Source of the DNA: a virus
Strand: one strand, 5' to 3'
IMG/VR virus record: IMGVR_UViG_3300025120_000020
Length of the DNA stretch: 64,000 nt
The notes beneath the pieces are model-generated. The model searched no databases. It was not told the DNA's origin and was given only the letters and a program-made list of their open reading frames with translations. Of this stretch, positions 47,804 to 55,633 are shown piece by piece. Both the position numbers and the translations under genes were made by a program. How positions within the stretch are numbered: the stretch's first letter is position 1; each line of letters begins with the position of its first letter.

Positions 47804-48094
47804 ATGATTAAAGAACACACAATGCCATGCATCCACATGAATGGATCGGGAGAGACCAGCCTACGCAGACAATACAACGAATTGTTTGAAGCTGTAAGCG
47901 AGGCGCAAATTAAACTGCTTTTTGATACAGACTTCCATCAAAGGGATTACTACCCTCTTGGGGATGAAGCTTGGGATAAAGCTTATCAAGAAAGAGAAGA
48001 GGTTAAGAAGGCAATGAATACAGTCTATCAATATGCGAAGCAGCATATGCACTTCCTTGAATATGGAAAGGAGCCATTGCCAGATGAGCATTAA
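47804..48094 (+). CDS. Hypothetical phage protein
   Basis: PCIHMNGSG...FHQRDYYP. Confidence 0.7.
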   Translation: MIKEHTMPCIHMNGSGETSLRRQYNELFEAVSEAQIKLLFDTDFHQRDYYPLGDEAWDKAYQEREEVKKAMNTVYQYAKQHMHFLEYGKEPLPDEH

Positions 48095-48108
48095 ATAAAA
48101 ATATCTCC

Positions 48109-48183
48109 TAAGTCATTGAATATCAGTGGCTTAGGGGCAAGCCCCCCGCCGCGCCCCGTAACTCCTTATCAATCAGTGAGTTA
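48109..48183. repeat. Box-spacer-box element 6 (C-rich orientation)
   Basis: TAAGTCATTGAATATCAGTGGCTTA + GGGGCAAGCCCCCCGCCGCGCCCCG + TAACTCCTTATCAATCAGTGAGTTA. Confidence 0.95.
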
Positions 48184-48296
48184 CGAGGTTTTTTTCTATA
48201 TACGAAAAAACTAATAGTGCAAGCTCAAAATAAAATAATAAAAAACATTAAAAAAGCCTTGTCTCGCAGGAAAAATCCTGTCAGAATACTCTCGTT

Positions 48297-48647
48297 ATGG
48301 GATTAGATCAATACGCAGAACGAAGGGATTCAAATGGAGAAGATTGCGAAATCACCAATTGGAGAAAGCACAACGCCTTGCAAGGTTGGATGGAAAACCT
48401 CTGGACTCTCAAAACTGGGAAGCCAGCAGATGAATTAAACTGCCATGAAGTCGAATTGACTGCCGAGGATTTAGAAAGTCTGTGGGCAGTGGTTGAGGCT
48501 GGAAAGTTGCCGGAAACTGTGGGTTTCTTTTACGGTGCTGACAGTAGTCAGGATGAGTGGAGAAAAGAGAAGGATCTTAAATTTATCAAGGAGGCTCTTG
48601 AGGCGATTGATGAAGGGGACAAAGTTTTTTATTCTTGCTGGTGGTAA
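48297..48647 (+). CDS. Conserved-looking phage protein
   Basis: MGLDQYA...WRKHNALQGWM...LPETVGFFYG...VFYSCWW. Confidence 0.75.
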   Translation: MGLDQYAERRDSNGEDCEITNWRKHNALQGWMENLWTLKTGKPADELNCHEVELTAEDLESLWAVVEAGKLPETVGFFYGADSSQDEWRKEKDLKFIKEALEAIDEGDKVFYSCWW

Positions 48648-48671
48648 ATCTTTAATCAAAAATAAAACACA

Positions 48672-49376
48672 ATGAAATTACTTAATTCAGGCAACGCCAA
48701 AACCCTCAAGGGTGAAAAGGTTGGGTTCCGCACATTCGGACTCCATCTTTCCCCTGCTACCAAATCAGGATTCAACGTCTGCCAATGGGCAAGCGCGGGA
48801 TGTCGTGCAGCTTGTTTAGATACAGCGGGGCGCGGTTGTATGTCCAACGTGCAAAATTCTAGAATCGCTAAAACGCGAAGGTTCTTTAAAGATAACTTGG
48901 GTTTTATGTCGGATCTTCGAATTGAAATCGGCAAGGCTATCAAAAGCGCAGCGAGAAAAAGCCTCACCCCTTGTTTCCGTCTCAATCTTACAAGCGATAT
49001 TCCTTGGGAGAACATGAAGAAGGGGAGCAAGACAAGTGTGATCGAAGAATTCCCAGAGGTTAATTTTTATGATTATACCAAGGGCTTCCCTAGAATGATG
49101 GCTTGGCTTCATGGTAAGATGCCCGACAACTACCACCTGACCTTTTCCCGCAGTGAAGAGACTAGCGATGACAGAATAAAAAAGATTCTTTCGCTAGGCG
49201 GGAACGTTGCGATTGTTTTCCGCGCTTCGCTTCCTAAAACTTATCTTGGTTTTACTGTCGTCGATGGTGATGAGAACGATCTCCGCTTCAAAGATGAAAA
49301 GGGCGTGATCGTTGGATTGGTCGAGAAAGGTCTTGCAAAAAAAGACGAAACTGGTTTTGTAGTGGAGCCAAAATGA
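48672..49376 (+). CDS. GP88-like protein (Cys-cluster, radical-SAM-related)
   Basis: CQWASAGCRAACL, FRLNLTSDIPWE, FYDYTK, YHLTFSRSE, DGDENDLRF. Confidence 0.7.
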   Translation: MKLLNSGNAKTLKGEKVGFRTFGLHLSPATKSGFNVCQWASAGCRAACLDTAGRGCMSNVQNSRIAKTRRFFKDNLGFMSDLRIEIGKAIKSAARKSLTPCFRLNLTSDIPWENMKKGSKTSVIEEFPEVNFYDYTKGFPRMMAWLHGKMPDNYHLTFSRSEETSDDRIKKILSLGGNVAIVFRASLPKTYLGFTVVDGDENDLRFKDEKGVIVGLVEKGLAKKDETGFVVEPK

Positions 49377-49450
49377 CAAGCGGAGAATCAGACACCTTGA
49401 TCATTTTAATCATGGCGATTATCGCTATAATATTCAGGAAAAGAAATTAA
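49373..49450 (+). CDS. 25-aa hydrophobic peptide (not in ORF track)
   Basis: MTSGESDTLIILIMAIIAIIFRKRN; ATGA overlap with upstream stop. Confidence 0.45.
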   Translation: MTSGESDTLIILIMAIIAIIFRKRN

Positions 49451-49463
49451 GAAAAATAAAAAC

Positions 49464-49646
49464 ATGGAACCAATAAAACCAGACTTCTCAGAAGCAAACA
49501 AGTTCGCCGTCTTAAATAGAGGGTTTAGAGATGAATTCGACAAAGCCTATAAAAATTTTTGGAAGCGTAGGAACATGGAAACCCCTGATCTTGGTTGGTT
49601 CGGGGATAGGAAAAAGAGAAAAGAAGAAATGAAATCTGCTAAATAA
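49464..49646 (+). CDS. Hypothetical protein
   Basis: 60-aa ORF ending just before element 7. Confidence 0.65.
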   Translation: MEPIKPDFSEANKFAVLNRGFRDEFDKAYKNFWKRRNMETPDLGWFGDRKKRKEEMKSAK

Positions 49647-49656
49647 AAAACCCTCG

Positions 49657-49731
49657 TAACTCGTTGACTATCAACGGGTTACGGGCGGGGGCGGGGCCAC
49701 TCGCCGTAACTCCTTACTAATCAGTGACTTA
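49657..49731. repeat. Box-spacer-box element 7 (G-rich orientation)
   Basis: TAACTCGTTGACTATCAACGGGTTA + CGGGCGGGGGCGGGGCCACTCGCCG + TAACTCCTTACTAATCAGTGACTTA. Confidence 0.95.
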
Positions 49732-49797
49732 GAGCGGAAATTTTTAATTAATTTAAATTTGACGATCCTCCCGCTTCATGGTATGTTTCCCTCAGAC

Positions 49798-50139
49798 ATG
49801 AAAAAACAAGTAAGCACAAAGAGACTCCTAGAAGCTCTACTTCAAACCTACATGGATACCAATGACCTAAAGAACATTTACAACGGCGACGGAAGCGAGC
49901 TAATGACGGTTGATGAAGCTGTAAAGTTCGTCGATGGGTTGAAAGAGGAGGCTAGTCCTGAGCAGGTTGCATTTGAATCTCAACTGGACACTATGATAGA
50001 AGAGTTTAGGACGGTCTTCCCTCCTTCTATAGGCGAAGCCGAACGTGGGGCGGGTCAAGGCACTTGGTTTGACCTTATGCACAGCATCTGGAACAAGCAC
50101 GTTCAAGTTGAGTTGATGGAAAGATACAGCAATCTATAA
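49798..50139 (+). CDS. Early hypothetical protein
   Basis: Promoter TTGACG-17-TATGTT (49759-49787); ATG 49798. Confidence 0.7.
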   Translation: MKKQVSTKRLLEALLQTYMDTNDLKNIYNGDGSELMTVDEAVKFVDGLKEEASPEQVAFESQLDTMIEEFRTVFPPSIGEAERGAGQGTWFDLMHSIWNKHVQVELMERYSNL

Positions 50140-50143
50140 TACT

Positions 50144-50347
50144 ATGAAGCAAGAAGAACAAACCTCTTCAACACGGATGCGGGGCTGGTTATATGATGTC
50201 AACATTTTAGAGATGGCTAGAATAGCTTGCGCCTCAATACCAGAAGACCTTTGTGAGCAGATGGATTTATCTGATGAGTGGTTCATCGAGATTAGAGACT
50301 ACATACAAAACGAACTAAATGGATACCATGATGCACGAACGAATTAA
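50144..50347 (+). CDS. Hypothetical protein
   Basis: 67-aa ORF in the same operon. Confidence 0.65.
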   Translation: MKQEEQTSSTRMRGWLYDVNILEMARIACASIPEDLCEQMDLSDEWFIEIRDYIQNELNGYHDARTN

Positions 50348-50588
50348 AAAACTAAAAAAAGAAGCTCCAGAGGAGATCCCACTGTTTCTAAAAGCGGGGG
50401 GGATCTTCAACACGATTGACGGATTGTCGATCACTGGAGACAAACAAAAGCTGGAACAAATAGAAAAGATTTTGGATTTTACCCCTTCAACAAAAGATGG
50501 TCGCGACTTGAGATCTGTAATGATCTTGAGGGCAGAGGCTAAATCTGAAGAGGGAATGTTTGGAAATGGCACATTCTTAATCGATTAA
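50328..50588 (+). CDS. Hypothetical protein
   Basis: ORF in the same operon; start uncertain. Confidence 0.6.
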   Translation: MMHERIKKLKKEAPEEIPLFLKAGGIFNTIDGLSITGDKQKLEQIEKILDFTPSTKDGRDLRSVMILRAEAKSEEGMFGNGTFLID

Positions 50589-50602
50589 AAAAATAAAAAC
50601 AA

Positions 50603-50899
50603 ATGACAATAACAAACAAAGAACTACTGGGGTTCGCGAAAACGCAAAACTCAAACGCCAAACTGCACCTTGATTGTAGTATCACTTGACTGGCAGCACA
50701 AGCAGCTACTCAGTTGAGTGGTAAAGAACACAGAATGGTGGGGTGGAACCAATTTGACGATTTTACAGAAGACCTCACATATACAAAAGTGTCTCCTGAA
50801 TACGCTGAATGGTCTGAAGGGGTTAACAACCACAACATGGAAAATAATACCTATATCACATTCCAAGACGCTATCGAAGCTCTAGAATCTTTTGATTAA
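50603..50899 (+). pseudogene. ORF interrupted by one in-frame TGA at 50687-50689
   Basis: ATG 50603 is in frame with track ORF 50714-50899; reads ...LHLDCSIT*LAAQAATQLSGKEHRM... Confidence 0.55.
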
Positions 50900-50914
50900 A
50901 AAATAAAATCTTCG

Positions 50915-50989
50915 TAACTCGTTGACCGCCAGCGAGTTACGGAGGGGGGCGGGGCCGACCCGCCTAACTCCTTACTACTCAATGGGTTA
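50915..50989. repeat. Box-spacer-box element 8 (G-rich orientation); degenerate solo box follows at 51012-51036
   Basis: TAACTCGTTGACCGCCAGCGAGTTA + CGGAGGGGGGCGGGGCCGACCCGCC + TAACTCCTTACTACTCAATGGGTTA. Confidence 0.92.
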
Positions 50990-51131
50990 CAGCGTTTTTT
51001 TTGATTATCTCTAACTCACTGATAATTAGTTTGTTGTGTAATCGGGTTTTGTTTATTTGTTGCCTACTGAAAAAACGGGCATCTGGAATGTTTTTGCTTG
51101 CCTTAGTTCTATATACTGTTATATTACATAC

Positions 51132-51251
51132 ATGAAAGACGAGGATCTTGCCGCCCTTATTGATAATATTGTATTTATTTGCTGTCTTATATTTATCTTT
51201 ATTGTTGCTTGTTGTGGGCTTGATAAATTAATTGATTTATTTGCAGGTTAA
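51132..51251 (+). CDS. 39-aa single-TM peptide (leaderless)
   Basis: MKDEDLAALIDNIVFICCLIFIFIVACCGLDKLIDLFAG; TTGCCT-16-TATATT 6 nt upstream. Confidence 0.6.
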   Translation: MKDEDLAALIDNIVFICCLIFIFIVACCGLDKLIDLFAG

Positions 51252-51286
51252 TCTCTTTCATGTATTGTATTGGTTCTCATAGTGCG

Positions 51287-51325
51287 AACGACCCGTCTCC
51301 TTTGTTGGGGACGGGTCGTTTATTT
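51287..51325 (+). terminator. Terminator ending the early region
   Basis: AACGACCCGTCTCC-TTTGTT-GGGGACGGGTCGTT + TATTT. Confidence 0.75.
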
Positions 51326-52118
51326 GCGCTTATTTCGCCTAAAATCCTACAACCTTGGGTGCTAGATTACTCTGCTATAAAAGACACAAGTATAAGCAGT
51401 GAAATAGTAATTAAAATAAATGGCTCAAAATAATACACACCCTTTATTTGCGGAAAAATCGTTTAACCTTGGAGCAGGAATTACCTTTATCATTATTTGA
51501 CTTAATGTCTCCAAACTTGCGCCCTTTATTAATGCCAAAAATTTGTTGTAATTTGCTTGTTTGCTCTGGATCGAGGTTCACATCGAATTTGTTTTTGTTG
51601 CTATCTTGCTTCATTGTATATATTGGTATATGCTTATTTGGCTTTTCTGGGAAAAGTGGGGACTTTTGCTGCTGCTTGTAAGCTAGCTTTTATTTGGTTT
51701 TATTTGCTTAAAGTGGGCAAAGACGCGCTTTATTTGGTTTTTTTTAGAAAAACTGGCGTTTGCTTTGTGTTTGACTAGGGCTAAATATTACTAATTATAA
51801 AAAAATATTATAGGCGGGGCTTATTTTATAAAATTTTATTCAATCAGGAGCTGTTTGGGCTGCTTTTGTTTGCTTTTGTTGGCTATTCGGGGGCAAAAGT
51901 TAGCTGAATTACCATTATTTATTATTTAGAGCAACAGCCACTATCCTATTATCCATTACTACATCCATTAATATCTGATTAAACCCTTATTCTATCTTGT
52001 TTTCTTATTGTATCTCTATTATGTATTACTCTATGTATTACCTTGAAAGATACTGTATAAAAAGGAATAAAAACTAAGGTATAAATAAAAAGAATAAATT
52101 ATGGTAATTTATTATAAA

Positions 52119-52796
52119 TTATACTCTGGCAGGAGTCTCAATTACATTCTTATAAGCAAGATCATATAGCTTTAGCCCCAAATCTTTTCCCCAGATAGTA
52201 AACAAAGACTCTTCTAGCATTTTATTATACCTCAATGCGGCTTCTTCTTCTGTTTCAAGATTTTTTGATAAACTAAAAGCTTTCCCGCTTTGATCTATTG
52301 TATTCTTTGTATCTATCCTAGCTTTAAATTTTCCCCTATCACTTGTTACCCCTTTATGTGGACTAAAGCCTTCTCTTTTCGGGCCTCTCTTTAAATTATT
52401 CTCTAATTGAGTAACAATCATTAGATTACTGTGATGATTATTGCTTGGGTCGCCATCAATATGATCAGGACATACTTGATTACAAATGAAAGTAAATTCT
52501 GTTGGGGTCTTTAAAATATGTCTGTCTCTGCCTACTAGTAAACCATAGTAAGATACTAAGGGAGATTTAGGTAAAAGATCATGGAATGTTTCTGCTATTA
52601 ACGCATGAACTCCCATAGGTGTCATTTTAGAATTTAAATAAGGGCATACATTTACATATCTACTAAATGACCTTGAGTTGGCCTTTAAAACCTTATCATT
52701 CTTCCTAACACTATGAACTTGTGAGGTGTTAAAATCTATTTCATAATCAGGATAAGTAACACCCTGATAAATAATTGGCCTTCTAAGTGAATTCAT
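52119..52796 (-). CDS. HNH homing endonuclease with AP2-like domain
   Basis: VHALIAETF, PDHIDGDPSNNHHSNL...ENN, HKGVT...FKARI...TEEEAALRYN. Confidence 0.8.
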   Translation of the reverse strand: MNSLRRPIIYQGVTYPDYEIDFNTSQVHSVRKNDKVLKANSRSFSRYVNVCPYLNSKMTPMGVHALIAETFHDLLPKSPLVSYYGLLVGRDRHILKTPTEFTFICNQVCPDHIDGDPSNNHHSNLMIVTQLENNLKRGPKREGFSPHKGVTSDRGKFKARIDTKNTIDQSGKAFSLSKNLETEEEAALRYNKMLEESLFTIWGKDLGLKLYDLAYKNVIETPARV

Positions 52797-52799
52797 TGG

Positions 52800-53330
52800 T
52801 TATTCTGTATCTTTCAATCTGCTTATGTGCATATTATACATGTTTGCATGAACTGTAAAGCCATTAGACGGATCTACATCTCCTTTTTTCCAGAATTTAG
52901 CCTTCTCAAAATATTCTTTTTTAGGCATAAAGCCACATAACCATATAGATTCTACCCCGTGATAAGTAGCACTACGCCCTTTGCCCCGCTTCTCCTTAAA
53001 TGTAATAGAAATAAATGCGTAAGTATCTGCCTTTTGATGCTTGCTAGTCTCAGCTATAGATACTTCATAAGAAGGTCTTGGGTCAACAGTTCTTCTTTTG
53101 GTCTTGACATCTATTTTTAAATCATTTTTTATTAGATCATAGTTGTATTTCTCGTTACCTTCGTCACAAGAAACATTATTGCACTGCAAATCTTCAGCTA
53201 AAGCTATCTCAGCCAAGTATCCAGCCAAGTTACCACCTCCCGAAGTGATAGAATTATTTATAGAACCTAGATTTTTTGCCTTTTTAACAGCCTCATCTAT
53301 CATTGACTGATTAAATTTTAATTTTCTCAT
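52800..53330 (-). CDS. PD-(D/E)XK-like nuclease family protein
   Basis: GYLAEIA...YDLIKNDLKIDVKTK. Confidence 0.5.
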   Translation of the reverse strand: MRKLKFNQSMIDEAVKKAKNLGSINNSITSGGGNLAGYLAEIALAEDLQCNNVSCDEGNEKYNYDLIKNDLKIDVKTKRRTVDPRPSYEVSIAETSKHQKADTYAFISITFKEKRGKGRSATYHGVESIWLCGFMPKKEYFEKAKFWKKGDVDPSNGFTVHANMYNMHISRLKDTE

Positions 53331-53333
53331 TGG

Positions 53334-53903
53334 TTACCTTTTAACCTGCTCCAAAAACTTATAATCATCTTCGTAAAAAGACTTTATAAAATCAATTTGG
53401 CTTTCAGTTGGGATGGGTTTTTCTGCACCAACGGCCTGTAAGTTTTCTAATTTTATTGGCTTGCCAAATAGTTCAATCAAGAATTCACAAACAGAGGGCA
53501 TTTCATCCATGAAGAAAATTTTATCATGGTAGCTGGGATCGTGACCTATAAAATCAACCTGTGGTCGAAAATGATGATGCATATTCTTGTTAAATCTATA
53601 GTATTTATCGTAAAATTTATCAATAAACTCATCAAGTCCTATAAAATAATTAATGTCATAATGACGGCAAATTCTATTTGTATAGGATGATATAAACCTA
53701 TCTACAGGGTCTCTTACTATGCAAAATTTTATATCTGCGTTCTTCTTCTCTTTGAATGGAAGCGTCCGACTACGATTATGAATCTTGTCTTCGTAATCAA
53801 TAGTGCCTTTAATGCCCTTATGGATCATTACTTTGGTAGAAGTGCATGCACACTTTGGAGTTGGGCAATATTGTATTATTTTATTTTTTGCTTTAAAAAC
53901 CAT
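53334..53903 (-). CDS. Sulfotransferase (Sulfotransfer_2 family)
   Basis: 5'-PSB PKCACTS; 3'-PB VRDPVDRFISSY; HFRPQ; YEDDY. Confidence 0.85.
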   Translation of the reverse strand: MVFKAKNKIIQYCPTPKCACTSTKVMIHKGIKGTIDYEDKIHNRSRTLPFKEKKNADIKFCIVRDPVDRFISSYTNRICRHYDINYFIGLDEFIDKFYDKYYRFNKNMHHHFRPQVDFIGHDPSYHDKIFFMDEMPSVCEFLIELFGKPIKLENLQAVGAEKPIPTESQIDFIKSFYEDDYKFLEQVKR

Positions 53904-53915
53904 TATCTTACATGT

Positions 53916-54572
53916 TTATTCTGGCATAATTGGGTCGGGGGGCCATATAGCTTCTCCTGATTCATCTATAACAATAAATCCTTGATTTACTTTAAGTTCA
54001 TTCCCAGTAATTTCAATTTTTCTTAGTAAATATCCGACTTCTGCATCTTCATAAATAAAATAATTGTCTCTAACTCCATAACCTGCTAAATATGAAGCGG
54101 ATTTTTTAGACAAAAAATATGCTGGCCCCTCACAATACTCCCCTTCTGGCACATCAACCCTAGTATGATTTAGTTCTTCATTTTCGCATTTACCAAAATG
54201 CCAATCATCAGCACCCGCAGTTATCATCCGACCAGAATAATCATATTCTAAAGCTTCACAAACAAGTTTATTAAAATTACCAAAAAAAGAGACATCGTCA
54301 TCTGTTTTTAATATTAGGTCGAACTCTTTGTTTTCAACCACCCATTTAATAGCCATCAAGGTTTTTATAGGTAGACTTTCATAATTGTCTGGGCAAGGCA
54401 AGTAAACTATGTCATCCTTAACTAGAGGAGAAGACAGTTCAGGATCTCCCATAAAATACATATAGTCTCCTAGCATAGTAGTGTCTTGCGACAACATTTT
54501 GTGCCTATATTTCTCACAAGCTAAAATTATTGTGAATAGTCTAGTAGCTTTTTTATACAATTGTTCCCCCAT
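53916..54572 (-). CDS. GT31-like galactosyltransferase
   Basis: DNYESLPIKT, LKTDDDV, YCEGPAYFLS, YEDAEVG. Confidence 0.8.
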   Translation of the reverse strand: MGEQLYKKATRLFTIILACEKYRHKMLSQDTTMLGDYMYFMGDPELSSPLVKDDIVYLPCPDNYESLPIKTLMAIKWVVENKEFDLILKTDDDVSFFGNFNKLVCEALEYDYSGRMITAGADDWHFGKCENEELNHTRVDVPEGEYCEGPAYFLSKKSASYLAGYGVRDNYFIYEDAEVGYLLRKIEITGNELKVNQGFIVIDESGEAIWPPDPIMPE

Positions 54573-54602
54573 ATTATCAAAATAACTAAAATACTTTAAT
54601 TA

Positions 54603-55592
54603 TTAACCCTGTGAACTAGACTCAGCACTTGTCTTCCAAGGTGGCTTAGAGCTTGACTCAGAGCTGCTCGTCTCCGCGCTGGTCTCCGCGCTGGTCTCCG
54701 CGCTGGTCTCCGCACTGGTTTCCGCACTGGTTTCAGGGTTTTTCTTAAACCAACGAGGTCGTAACTTACGAAGTGCAGCGATGAATCGAGCCATAAGTTT
54801 TTTAGCATCGAAGACTATATACGTTGAAAAATCCGCTTCAGTAACTGTATAGTTGGTTGATACACCTGCCCGTGTGTCAGCGGTCACAATCATGGCGTTG
54901 ATATCTGAAATATACTCTGCCACGGGAGTCCCACCTCCTGCCCCGCCCCATGTCCAGACAGTCACAAGTAAAGGTTTACCTTTGAATATTAAAAATGCAG
55001 GATTCCCGCTATCACCTTTGATCTTACTCTCATGAAAAATAAGTCTTTTAGGGTTTGTGGGTGTCTGCATCCTACCTCCAGAGCGCCAATCAATGATGAG
55101 GGCTTTCTCTTCTTGATCAAGACCAAGGCAAGCTATCTTACTGAAGTTATCTAAATACTCGCTGTAATTGCTGGGCATTACAGAGCAAGGCTTTATTGTA
55201 GAGGGGAGGTCACTGTCTAAAGTGTAGATTGTTAAGTCTGGAGTGTAGTTTCTACATTCGGGATGTCGAGCCTTTCCCGTCACGGTGCGGTCATGCACTG
55301 CCCCGTTTTTCTCTACAAACCTAACCACTGTCCCTACAGAATACTCGTAGTGTGCTGCACCTATAATGTGCCTTGGGGTCACTAGTGTCCCCGCTTTCTT
55401 ATGATCACCACTACTATTCCAAGGTGATAAACAGGTAATATCTAAGCCTCCACACCATAGATTGGGATTCCTGACATAAGAGGAGCTTGCATGATCTTGA
55501 GAGGCGAACACTTTACCGTTAGCCTCCATAGTCATAGACTCATCTAAAAGGTCATCAATTTGTTTGGAGCAATGAAGAGTGATAGGTTTCAT
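54603..55592 (-). CDS. Trypsin-like serine protease with ETSA-repeat tail
   Basis: GTLVTPRHIIGAAHY (His), PDLTI (Asp), GDSG (Ser). Confidence 0.75.
   Translation of the reverse strand: MKPITLHCSKQIDDLLDESMTMEANGKVFASQDHASSSYVRNPNLWCGGLDITCLSPWNSSGDHKKAGTLVTPRHIIGAAHYEYSVGTVVRFVEKNGAVHDRTVTGKARHPECRNYTPDLTIYTLDSDLPSTIKPCSVMPSNYSEYLDNFSKIACLGLDQEEKALIIDWRSGGRMQTPTNPKRLIFHESKIKGDSGNPAFLIFKGKPLLVTVWTWGGAGGGTPVAEYISDINAMIVTADTRAGVSTNYTVTEADFSTYIVFDAKKLMARFIAALRKLRPRWFKKNPETSAETSAETSAETSAETSAETSSSESSSKPPWKTSAESSSQG
54670..54734. repeat. 12-bp tandem repeat, 5 copies plus a partial, encoding ETSA
   Basis: GTCTCCGCGCTG x3, GTCTCCGCACTG, GTTTCCGCACTG, GTTTC. Confidence 0.9.
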
Positions 55593-55633
55593 AATTTATT
55601 ATATCTTTGTATTTAAATTTATCTAATTAAAAA

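Noticed and set aside
42153-50989. CRISPR array interpretation of the repeats
   Set aside because: Only two boxes per locus, spacers are homologous G/C tracts rather than unique sequences, loci are ~1 kb apart, and no cas genes are present
42153-50989. Integron attC sites (boxes start TAAC and end GTTA)
   Set aside because: Ends do not consistently fit RYYYAAC/GTTRRRY, cassettes carry their own promoters, and no IntI is in the window; a looser analogy is kept in findings
51448-51778. ORFs 51448-51681 and 51557-51778
   Set aside because: TTG starts, mutually overlapping, Leu/Phe/Cys-rich products expected from T-rich non-coding DNA, and downstream of a terminator
51050-51830. Bacteroidota TAnnTTTG promoters or DnaA boxes
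   Set aside because: The motif is TTATTTG, fitting neither consensus; promoters elsewhere are canonical TTGACA/TATAAT type
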